Position numbers and translations under genes: made by a program. Shown here in pieces: positions 58,401 through 64,000 of a stretch of DNA of 64,000 bases. Source of the stretch: a candidate division FCPU426 bacterium (GTDB lineage Bacteria > Oederibacteriota > JAAXVQ01 > JAUVAV01). Every line of letters begins with the position of its first letter. Positions within the stretch are counted from its first letter, which is position 1. A model generated the notes under the pieces. It did not search any database, was not told where the DNA came from, and worked only from the letters and a program-made list of their open reading frames with translations. Location: positions 1,055,078 through 1,119,077 of the forward strand of contig JBFLYH010000002.1 in the NCBI GenBank assembly GCA_040756875.1, read 5' to 3'.

Positions 58401-61400
58401 GAAACCTGGTATTCCCAAGACACCTATGGCGTGGCTGAACGGTCGCACAGCCTGAATAATTACGGGTTGGGCGCTAGCCGCGATACCAATACCACGATTA
58501 CAGCAAGCCGCTGGAGCGGACTGAACACGAATACCGTTGCCACCAACGCCTATGGCACGACCGAAACCTGGTATACCCAGGACACCTACGGGGTCGCCCA
58601 GCGTTCGCACAGCGTGAACAATTACGGGTTGGGCGCCACGCGTGACTCCAATACCACTGTTACGGTTGATCGCTGGAGCGGATTGAACACCTATACCAAC
58701 GCCGTAAGTGCCTACAGCACTACCGAGACCTGGTACAAGCAGGACACCTATGGCACGGCGGAACGTTCACACAGCGTGAACAAATTCGGGCTGGGTGCGA
58801 CCCGCGACACGAACAGCACGGTTACAGCCAGCAATTGGAACGGTTTGAATCAGCATACGACCGGGACCAATGCGTACGGAACCACTGATACCTGGTATTC
58901 GAACGACTCTTATGGCGTAGCCGTCCGGTCGGAAAGCCAAAATAATTATGGATTAGGCGCCACTCGCGATGCATCCACGACCATCGCGGCGGATCGTTGG
59001 AATGGGTTGAATACCCATACCAAAGGCGTGACAGCCTATGGTACTACCGATACTTGGTATTCTCAGGACACCTATGGTGTGGCAGAACGGTCGCACAGCG
59101 TCAATAAATACGGTTTGGGTGCAACCCGCGATACTACGACGCCGACTATTCAGGCGAACCGGTGGAATGGGTTGAACGAATACACTTTAGCAAACAACGC
59201 CTACAGCAGGACCGAGACGTGGTATTCGAACGATTCCTATGGATTGCCTGAAAGATCTCACAGCGTAAATAATTATGGATTGGGCGCAACCAGGGATTCG
59301 CAAACCACCATCACCTCGAACCGCTGGAGCGGGCTCAATACGTATACCACTTCGACCAACAATTATGGCACCACGGAGACTTGGTATACCTCGGACACCT
59401 ACGGTGTGGCCCGGAGATCGCATAGTGTGAATAACTATGGCTTAGGTGCCACCCGCAACACCCATACCGACGTAATCGACGTGGATAATTGGAGTGGCCT
59501 CAATACCTATACGCATTCCTTTAACAACTATGGCACTACTGAGACGTGGTTCAAACAGGACACCTTTGGTACAGCTAGTCGATCTCATTCTGTGAATAAT
59601 TACGGCCTGGGCTGGACACGCGATACGTCCACCACGCTGGTAGCCAGCAACTGGAGTGGTTTGAATCTGCGTTCGTCGGCCATTAATATGTATGGTTCTA
59701 CGGACACCTGGTACTCCAACGACAGCTACGGTGTGGCCGAACGCTCGCATAGCCTGAATAATGTCGGTTTGGGCTATACACGGGACACCATGACAACAAT
59801 TGAAGTGAATCGCCAGAATGGTCTTAATGTGCATTCGTTTGCAAATAATCGCTATGGCACAACCGATACTTATTACAGCAACGACAGCTACGGTGTGGCC
59901 GAACGGTCGGTGGCGCATAATGATTGGGGCGTCTACGGGGAACGCGATGTCAGAACCACGCTTACCGTCAACCGCCAGACTGGTGTGAACATCAGCACCG
60001 TGGCGGTTACCTCGCACCGTACCACGACGACTTATTTCGACAATAGCTTCGGAATTGCCACGCGTTCTGTGAGTGTGACCGATTTCCTGCCTTCGCTGGC
60101 CCAGACAACGCGTACGGACATCACGGCCAGCCAAGATACGGGGTTAAACTTCCGAACCGTTGCGGAAAACGGGTTGTCCACCACAACCACAGATGCCTTT
60201 GATCCCGATTATGGCGTGGCTGAGCACATCATGACCTATAATAAATATTGCAGCGGCGAGGGCAACCGCAACGTGGAAACCACTGTCGATGCCAATTTGA
60301 ATACCGGCCTGAACCAAGAAACATACAGCCGCTCCTTCGGCGGCGGCGGGACGCTCTCTGAAACGTGGACTAATTATAGGAACGATACCGGCACACAAAC
60401 GGATGCTGTGACTGTTATGAATGCGAATTGGACCCTAGGCTATTCGGTCAATAATCAGATCACCTATGTAGCAAATCAAACAACGGGCAAGCTCATTCAA
60501 TCCACTTCGGTATGCAGTAATGGCCGGACGATCACCAATTATGACGGGCACGGTCTGCCGAAGAGCAGCGAAAATTATTCGGCCTATGGGCTTTCGGATC
60601 ATACTTCATCCACTATCAACTACTACACAACGACGGGTATGACCAAGAAGTCGGTGGCTAGATCCTATTCGCGTTTGGGCGGGCATTATTTATCCACCAC
60701 TACGACCGACCATGATGAAAATGGAACCGCGAAAACCATGGTCACGGATACAGCGTATGGCGCCACTCGCGCCCGCGTTTCCACAACGACCGTAAGTTCA
60801 ACGTACAGCTTCACTGGCGCGAAAAAGCGGACCTCGACCACCACCGGGTTGGGCAGCAGCATTTCGGATTTCAACCAAAAAGGCGTGGAGATGTATTCGG
60901 ACAGCCATGGCAACATCGGGCCCTCGCTTGGCCGCCACAGCGAAACCTGGACGAAGGATTGGGACGAGAACACGGGCATCCGGCGGTCAAAGTATACAAG
61001 CAGCGGCCTATCCCACACCTGGACTTTCTCGGATGAAAACGGTTTACCGGCAGCAGGATTGCATAAAATGAACCAAAATTTCTACGGTTCTGCCGCGGGA
61101 TCCCGGTATTCGGAAATTTATCGCACCGGCGCGGTTCATTGGTCGGGCAACGCGGCTGAGACGCGTTCGTTGAGCCCGGGCCATTCCACGACCATGTCGC
61201 AGTATGACGAGGACGGATTCACGACTTACGCGGTGACGGACAGCATTTACGGCGCCAATGGCATGCAGCATACGGATACAACGTATCAAACCGACAGCTC
61301 GACCGGCCTGACACGTTCTTCCCATCTGATTAAATGTAATGGCCGCGGCAGCACGAAAAATTATTTTGATTCAACGTATGGCTGCGTGTCAAGCAGCGAC

Positions 61401-64000
61401 GATTGGGACAAGGATGGGAATAAAACCCATACCACGTATGGATTCAATCATTCCACGGGCATGACGACCAGCACGGTCAGCACGGGTGAGGGCAATTACA
61501 AGGAAAGCAACACCACCTACGACGAACACGGACGCAAGCTATCTTCGCGGACCCAGCGCGACAAGCAAGACGGTAAAAAGAAAAAGACGGAGGTTTACAC
61601 GAGTACTTTCGAAAACAACGACTGGACAGGGTTTAAGCAGACCGAGTGGAGGGTTAATGTCCAGAATTCGCAGACCAAGACCATCCATTATGACAGGCAC
61701 GGGGTTGAATACAAGAATTGGACGCAGGATTACAAGTACCCGACGGGTGAAGTCATCAATGTAGTCGAATATACCGGCCGTGATGCGGACGGCAACCCGA
61801 CAGATGCGATTCGGGAAGTCGGCGGAGACCGCCAGACCCAGACGATCCGCGAGGCTGGTTTTGTGCAGGCCCCTGGGCCGGACAAGTATAATTATTTGCC
61901 GACTCAAACCCAGGTAACTTTCCATCAGGCGAACTACATCACCTCGGCTACCATCACCTATACCGTGAATTCCAGAGGGCCGGTGGCTGCCACAGTGGTT
62001 GACAACCAGGGTACTGAGTCCTGGACTATGGATGAAGGATATGAAAATTCGGCCATCTTCACGCGTACCCGCAGGAACAACGGCGGCTCGACTATTTCTT
62101 GGAATTACACCGACAATCCCGAAGGGCCGTTCCATACTTCGGCGAACGTGACTTATACCGATTATATGGGAGTTCATACCGGGTCAGGCACTGAAACGTA
62201 CACGACAACAGGCATTCTGAGCAGAAAAGTCATGACTAACAGCGATACCATGAATCAAACCCTCACTTACCAGAATGACGGACAATATGTTACGACAGCT
62301 ACCGGTGTCCGCGAAGACGGAGTCAGCGTGAGCTACGCTTTCACGGGCGTCAATGAGTTTGCCTCCTTCCAGGATGACAAAGGGATAACAACCTGGAATC
62401 CGGCCTCGCAGAAGATGCTCACCAGCGCCGGCGGGGTGGGCACATTCAACTACACCTATTCAGGAGACCGCGTGACCAAAATCGAAGGAACTTCGGCACG
62501 CGACGGCCAAATGTCAATGGATAAGTGGTGGAACGTCAAGACCTGGACGGATAGCAAAGGTGTGGTTCACACATACACCGGAACCGCGACGAACAAAGGC
62601 TACTGGACCAAAGCCAACGAGACGTTCACAGACAAAGGCGGAGGAAAGTGGCAGGGCACGATGAATTATGATAATTTCGGTTTCTATTTCAAAGGTGGCG
62701 AACTGAAAGGCACCAAAGCCAAGGTGGACGCTACGGGTGCGGTAAACACGGTGGACATGGATGATGCGAAGGCCACCGACAGCATTAAAACCATGCTGAA
62801 GAAGTACAACACGCAAAAAGAAACCTGGACCTGGACTGCACCGGATGATGTGGGCAAGCGCACATTGGGTGACTGGCAGGCTGCATACATGAACTCCGGC
62901 GATTTGACCCAGTTGGCTGATGTGAGCATTACCATTGCCGAGGACGGCTCCACGCAATCGATTTTCTCCAATATAAGGTTCAATAAATCCAATTTTACCC
63001 AGAAAAACCGCTTTAAACCGACGAGTTCGTCCCACAGTTGGACGACGATATCTGATTCGGCGCCCAGTACCTATGATACGCGCAATGACACGAAAAAGAA
63101 CGACAAGTTCTTCAGCGGACATTGGGGCGACCGGCAGGTAATTACCGGTTCAGAAACAGTACAAGTGGGAACCACGACAGTGAAGAAGACCCGAAAGGTG
63201 ACCGTATGCGATGAAGAGGACGAGGAAGGAAATTGCACGGCCAGCCATGAGGAAGACGAAGAGTATGAGGAAGAGGAACCTGTTTACAGTACGAAATGGT
63301 ACGTAACAACCACCTCCTACGATAAGGAAAGCGACGGCTGGATGTGGGTAAGCGCTGGCAGCAAGAGCGAACAATTCTATGCCGACACTATGACGCAAAA
63401 TACCGGCACCATTATTGCCGGCGGCGCTGGCAGCAAGAGCCAGGTGTCTGGCTCCAGTATGATGGTTTATCGCTTCTCGCATGGCAATAAAGCAGGCGGC
63501 GTGCTCCTGGCTGGCGGCATGGAGGGACAGCAGGAACAAAGCGGCAAGGCGAGGTCGGAACAGACGGAAACCGTGGCCCCGCAAACCGAGACCGAAGTCA
63601 CGGCTGCGGCGGTGGAGAAAACGGAAACCGAAACGACCGCCAAGGCTCGCGGCGAAGTGGCGACGGTGACCGAAGCCAAGACCGAAGAAACGGCAGAAGC
63701 GGCGAAGTCGAAAGACAATCTGCAGGCCGCCTTTGCAGGGATCAAGTCTCTGGCAGATGTGGCGGACTTCCTGAAACTCGCAATGGCCAAGTTCAGCCAG
63801 GAAGCGGTGGCAGCGGGACTGAAGAATTCCGGCGCCGCCCAATTGCTGGAGCAACTGGTACAAGCCAGCCGGCTGGTCTTTGGTGATGCGGCCAAAGAGT
63901 CGGTCTTGGGCAAACTCACGACCTTGTTGCTGAACAACCAGCAGATGGTCGAGGAAGTGCGCCTGGCCATCACGGGCGGCGAACTTGTCAGCGACGACGT
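46422..64000 (+). CDS. Giant exported YD/RHS-like tandem-repeat protein (>5,859 aa), 3' end outside the window
   Basis: ATG at 46422 after AAAGGGGG. Reads MTTITGQQRLHYGFWNRTAWLGTLALLGTLLLFVGVSMSSAASSAEE..., then YDDQGRV, YDEAGRV, YDGKGNR. The same frame reads ...RLAITGGELVSDD at the window end, and the ORF track lists no terminated ORF in this frame. Confidence 0.9.
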   Translation, partial: MTTITGQQRLHYGFWNRTAWLGTLALLGTLLLFVGVSMSSAASSAEERLLPQILAQLDEQGKKVKSSTVLDVNGQPHITVMLLNGEVRKYNEKGQLTEVRDPYGKITLYEDGMPIEERDANGGVMARYQYFRSVSGKMQKMVKRSAAGVVTKIFDDDGNPVQATDSQGTKVFTNYVKNEKGKTVGYTETDLATSKTNRMILDPKNGEVIARIDENNIRTDIETLYNQQGEKMQTIERDTAGNVTIKKFENEQMVEQVENGIKTTYENILNDKGVLVQKKEVKFIATNGGMIEEVTVKDYDDQGRVIRVKDKEGEHEYTYEVNLDGRITARHELLKPATGARAKEKVTYYDEAGRVIGLDEEGRKTKIVNVLDENGNIVSATEYITYDFNGKLFTDMVKKTFDGKGHLLSKIDQNGQRTDYSYDGKGNRIRSQVGDEITTYTYDGNNNMVSSFTQDYKSRTLTEYDQKTKLAERKILIKNSGVVEVTAYGLTQDGRRMNFTVTAFGVKTNICKDSESDQPEKTIFSKYNGKVIVTNYRYTGEHLVSSTEEGPMGATETRYNVGGKPLHSLQTDKWGRTQETDYRYEKGVLAESLMVDKKGRTSTYYNNHGDAEKIVRVNTIGFPRRADEERSYKDGILVRSVSRDVKGETVTDYDQNEQAAKVHRTNKHGFPRQNWVENIYDAGGDITESRQTDSRGYTVNKFDHDGLMTDSERVDIHGYPKRKQTAYDYINGELVSSITDDDRGTTFNSFDKDGLMRDSRRVKKFGFPREERTSYEYDGNAYMIYSKTEDENGTTQNWFNIDELVAVSFRKNLYGHARDQWTVNEYDGEGFLTTSKETDLRGSTVTEFNIDGLPIKSFRVDHYGVEYSRETLTVNEFDDQGFMTISKSKNLLTTVEKEMDKDALVQVQRQNDNYGVVFGRYKVTDEYVYDGHGRLQTNVTTDKLGQTTSKYDIHGDAVETLRIATIGLGASRESFTISTYHADTGMTTDRLSKSNYGTTHSTNFDAVTGLEQLQQINNNYGLGATRYTVNQVTLDRRHGLTRYTLATNEYGKTETHYDAEQNGAYGIAVSSRAITNYGLGFARDTASAIEADINTGLNQRTKAVNKYGTTITEYDSLIGGTYGVSISSVTENYFGLGATRQSRIQRGDLEVNLWNGLNKRTLSRSEYGTTETWYEDGQFGVARASDTNCNFGLGATRHSWIKEGNMEVNTFNGLNIRTFSESAFGTTETRYDDKTFGVAVSSDTKNNFGLGASRHSWVAAGNMEVNTDNGLNKRTLSESAYGKTETLYDDAQYGVAKSSDTNNNFGLGAARHSWISNGNMEVNTWNGLTKRTLSESAYGTVETQYEDTQYGVAKSSDTNNNFGLGATRHSWIAEGNMDVNTFNGLNIRTLSQSEYGTTETWYEEEQYGVAKSSDTKNNFGLGATRHSWIKEGNLEVNTFNGLNIRTLSESAYGITETWYEDGKYGVAKSSDTNNSFGLMATRHSWIKDGNMEVNNWNGLNIRTFSESEYGTTETWYEDAKYGVARASDTNNKFGLGATRHSWISDGNMEVNTWNGLNIRTFSESAYGTTETWYEDGKYGVAKASDTKNNFGLGASRHSWINEGNMDVNTWNGLNIRTFSESAYGTTETKYDDQKYGVAKSSDTNNNFGLGATRHSWIKEGNMEVNVFNGLNIRTLSESAYGNTETWYEEGQFGVAKASDTKNNFGLVATRHSWIKEGNMEVNTWNGLNIRTFSESAYGTTETRYDQDHYGVARSSDTNNNFGLGATRHSWIKDGNMEVNTWNGLNIRTLSESAYGTTETWYEDEQFGVAQASDTKNNFGLGATRHSWIKEGNMEVNTWNGLNIRTFSESAYGTTETWYEDGQYGVAKASDTKNNFGLGATRHSWIKEGNMEVNTFNGLNIRTFSESAYGTTETWYDDDKFGVAKASDTKNNFGLGATRHSWIKEGNMEVNTYNGLNIRTFSESAYGTTETKYDDKTFGVARSSDTNNNFGLIATRHSWIKDGNMEVNTWNGLNIRTFSESAYGTTETWYEDGQYGVAHSSDTHNNFGLGATQHSWIKKGNMQVNTWNGLNQHTFSESAYGTTETWYEDGQYGIAEASDTNNNFGLGATRHSWISKGKMEVNTYNGLNIRTFSESAYGTTETWYDDSQYGIAKASDTHNNFGLGATRHSQIKEGEMDIDPFNGLNKRTLSESAYGTTETWYEDETYGVAKASDTNNNFGLGATRHSWIEEGNMEVNTWNGLNQHTFSESAYGTTETWYDDKAYGVARSSDTNNNFGLGATRHSWIKDGNLEVNTWNGLNIRTFSESAYGTTETWYEDSQYGIATSSDTNNNFGLGATRHSWIKKGNMEVNTWNGLNIRTFSESAYGTTETWYDDKEFGVAKASDTKNNFGLGATRHSWIKEGNMEVNTFNGLNIRTFSESIYGTTETWYDDKEFGVAKASDTNNNFGLGATRHSWIKEGNIEVNTYNGLNIRTFSESAYGTTETWYSDDSYGVAERSHSLNNFGIGATRDTTTQIDANRWNGLNIYTQAKNEYGMTETWYTDDSYGVAKRSHSLNNYGLGASRDTTTEITTDTWDGLTEYTFARNAYGTTETWYKDDSYGVAERSHSLNNYGLGASRDTNTTIQVDTWNGLNEYTRAINAYGMTETWYTDDTYGIAERSHSVNNYGLGATRDSNTTIQASQWDGLNDYTFATNAYGTTETWFSDDSYGVAVRSHNLNNYGLGACRDTNTEIQADRWDGLNDYTYAVNVYGTTETWYSQDTYGVAERSHALNNYGIGASRDTTTDIQADRWDGLNEYTYAVNAYGMTETWFSDDTYGVAEQSHSLNNYGLGATRDTHTTIQADQWDGLNEYTFATNAYGTTETWFSDDTYGVAVRSHSLNNFGLGATRDTNTTITADRWDGLNEYTYAVNAYGMTETWYSDDTYGVAERSHALNNYGIGATRDTNTVIQAGRWDGLNDYTQGVNAYGMTETWYSNDTYGVAERSHALNNYGIGASRDTMTTISADRWDGLNEYTLATNDYGMTETWYSDDTYGVAVRSHALNNYGIGATRDNSTTIQADRWDGLNEYTFATNAYGTTETWYSEDTYGVAERSHSLNNYGLGATRDNRTTIQADRWDGLNEYTYATNAYGITETWYSDDTYGVAERSHALNNYGLGATRDTNTTITADRWNGMNDYTMSTNAYGMTETWYSQDTYGVAERSHAVNNYGIGATRDTNTTITADRWDGLNEYTLATNVYGMTETWYSEDTYGVAERSHAVNNYGIGATRDTNTTITADRWDGLNEFTFATNAYGTTETWYSADTYGVAERSHSLNNFGLGATRDTNTTITADRWDGLNEYTYASNAYGITETWYTDDTYGVAERSHSLNNFGIGATRDTNTTITADRWDGLNEYTNAVNAYGMTETWFSDDTYGVAERSHSVNNFGIGATRDTNTTVTADRWNGLNDYTIGINAYGVTETWYTQDSYGVSERTHTMNNYGIGATRDTNTQVTADTWNGLNIHTMANNAYGMTETWYARDTYGIPERSHSLNNFGLGATRDTNTTITADRWNGLNIGTFATNAYGTTETWFTRDSYGLAERSHSVNNFGLGATRDTNTAITADPWSGLNTYTNAVNAYGRTETWYSQDTYGVADHSRSQNNYGLGATRDTNTTITADRWDGLNDYTLAINAYGRTETWFTQDTYGVAQRSHSVNNYGVGASRDTNTTITADHWNGLNTYTNAINAYGRTETWYSQDTYGVATRSHSVNNFGLGATRDTNTTITADRWNGLNTNTVATNDYGRTETWFSQDSYGVATRSHSVNNYGLGATRDTNTTITADRWNGLNTNTVAVNDYGRTETWYSQDTYGVATRSHSVNNYGLGATRNTNTTITVDHWSGLNTHTVATNAYGTTETWYSQDTYGVATRSHSANNYGLGATRDTNTTITADRWNGLNVTTVATNAYGRTETWYSQDTYGVATRSHSVNHYGLGSTRDTNSTITADRWNGLNTNTIAINAYGTTETWYSQDTYGVAERSHSLNNYGLGASRDTNTTITASRWSGLNTNTVATNAYGTTETWYTQDTYGVAQRSHSVNNYGLGATRDSNTTVTVDRWSGLNTYTNAVSAYSTTETWYKQDTYGTAERSHSVNKFGLGATRDTNSTVTASNWNGLNQHTTGTNAYGTTDTWYSNDSYGVAVRSESQNNYGLGATRDASTTIAADRWNGLNTHTKGVTAYGTTDTWYSQDTYGVAERSHSVNKYGLGATRDTTTPTIQANRWNGLNEYTLANNAYSRTETWYSNDSYGLPERSHSVNNYGLGATRDSQTTITSNRWSGLNTYTTSTNNYGTTETWYTSDTYGVARRSHSVNNYGLGATRNTHTDVIDVDNWSGLNTYTHSFNNYGTTETWFKQDTFGTASRSHSVNNYGLGWTRDTSTTLVASNWSGLNLRSSAINMYGSTDTWYSNDSYGVAERSHSLNNVGLGYTRDTMTTIEVNRQNGLNVHSFANNRYGTTDTYYSNDSYGVAERSVAHNDWGVYGERDVRTTLTVNRQTGVNISTVAVTSHRTTTTYFDNSFGIATRSVSVTDFLPSLAQTTRTDITASQDTGLNFRTVAENGLSTTTTDAFDPDYGVAEHIMTYNKYCSGEGNRNVETTVDANLNTGLNQETYSRSFGGGGTLSETWTNYRNDTGTQTDAVTVMNANWTLGYSVNNQITYVANQTTGKLIQSTSVCSNGRTITNYDGHGLPKSSENYSAYGLSDHTSSTINYYTTTGMTKKSVARSYSRLGGHYLSTTTTDHDENGTAKTMVTDTAYGATRARVSTTTVSSTYSFTGAKKRTSTTTGLGSSISDFNQKGVEMYSDSHGNIGPSLGRHSETWTKDWDENTGIRRSKYTSSGLSHTWTFSDENGLPAAGLHKMNQNFYGSAAGSRYSEIYRTGAVHWSGNAAETRSLSPGHSTTMSQYDEDGFTTYAVTDSIYGANGMQHTDTTYQTDSSTGLTRSSHLIKCNGRGSTKNYFDSTYGCVSSSDDWDKDGNKTHTTYGFNHSTGMTTSTVSTGEGNYKESNTTYDEHGRKLSSRTQRDKQDGKKKKTEVYTSTFENNDWTGFKQTEWRVNVQNSQTKTIHYDRHGVEYKNWTQDYKYPTGEVINVVEYTGRDADGNPTDAIREVGGDRQTQTIREAGFVQAPGPDKYNYLPTQTQVTFHQANYITSATITYTVNSRGPVAATVVDNQGTESWTMDEGYENSAIFTRTRRNNGGSTISWNYTDNPEGPFHTSANVTYTDYMGVHTGSGTETYTTTGILSRKVMTNSDTMNQTLTYQNDGQYVTTATGVREDGVSVSYAFTGVNEFASFQDDKGITTWNPASQKMLTSAGGVGTFNYTYSGDRVTKIEGTSARDGQMSMDKWWNVKTWTDSKGVVHTYTGTATNKGYWTKANETFTDKGGGKWQGTMNYDNFGFYFKGGELKGTKAKVDATGAVNTVDMDDAKATDSIKTMLKKYNTQKETWTWTAPDDVGKRTLGDWQAAYMNSGDLTQLADVSITIAEDGSTQSIFSNIRFNKSNFTQKNRFKPTSSSHSWTTISDSAPSTYDTRNDTKKNDKFFSGHWGDRQVITGSETVQVGTTTVKKTRKVTVCDEEDEEGNCTASHEEDEEYEEEEPVYSTKWYVTTTSYDKESDGWMWVSAGSKSEQFYADTMTQNTGTIIAGGAGSKSQVSGSSMMVYRFSHGNKAGGVLLAGGMEGQQEQSGKARSEQTETVAPQTETEVTAAAVEKTETETTAKARGEVATVTEAKTEETAEAAKSKDNLQAAFAGIKSLADVADFLKLAMAKFSQEAVAAGLKNSGAAQLLEQLVQASRLVFGDAAKESVLGKLTTLLLNNQQMVEEVRLAITGGELVSDD
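49932..53864 (+). repeat. 23 tandem 171-bp (57-aa) coding repeats
   Basis: Consensus ETWYEDGxYGVAKASDTxNNFGLGATRHSWIKEGNMEVNTWNGLNIRTFSESAYGTT. Starts at 49932, 50103, 50274, 50445...; 53865-49932 = 23 x 171. Confidence 0.95.
53865..59864 (+). repeat. 37 tandem 162-bp (54-aa) coding repeats, two with one extra codon
   Basis: Consensus ETWYSxDTYGVAERSHSxNNYGLGATRDTNTTITADRWxGLNxYTxAxNAYGxT. Starts at 53865, 54027, 54189... 58563, 58725, 58887, 59049, 59214, 59376, 59541, 59703; degenerate copies follow. Confidence 0.95.

Noticed and set aside
49932-59864. CRISPR array or non-coding satellite
   Set aside because: Units are 171/162 bp, multiples of 3, in frame, vary largely at synonymous sites and have no unique spacers; no cas genes are present.
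31779-59864. Diversity-generating retroelement TR/VR pairs
   Set aside because: No reverse transcriptase in the window, and the repeats are tandem coding units whose differences are not visibly adenine-restricted.
46590-63973. Many minus-strand and off-frame ORFs in the track
   Set aside because: They are shadows of the giant plus-strand ORF and inherit its periodicity.

Overview
High-GC diderm bacterial chromosome segment with two parts. (1) 1-21.1 kb is envelope and housekeeping genes: an NDP-heptose/glycosylation operon (epimerase, HddA-like kinase, methyltransferase, GT2, nucleotidyltransferase, GmhA, GmhB, transaldolase), a flippase-like/oxidoreductase/GT2/UbiE-like block, a T9SS-like trio (PorV-like barrel, CTD-bearing cargo, PorV-OmpA fusion), an NHL protein, AmrB/MEMO, CutA, a GAF-HD-GYP protein and a split transketolase. 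(2) 21.3-64 kb is a lower-GC locus of only four genes: lnt(+), a ~6,940-aa giant protein(+), a second closely related lnt(-), and a second giant ORF (46422 to beyond 64000, >5,859 aa) that is absent from the supplied ORF track because it has no stop in the window. Giant 1 has translocator-like hydrophobic segments, 74-aa beta repeats, coiled coils, a SecA-like SF2 ATPase motif set and C-terminal TM helices. Giant 2 has a signal peptide, YD/RHS-like repeats and ~60 tandem 57-aa/54-aa beta-meander repeats. Both giants and lnt2 share the promoter 10-mer TGATATACTT. This lnt/giant-protein locus is the best candidate for an undescribed system; its function is inferred from motifs read by eye, and no database searches were run. 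No rRNA, tRNA, CRISPR array, integrase or transposase was recognised.
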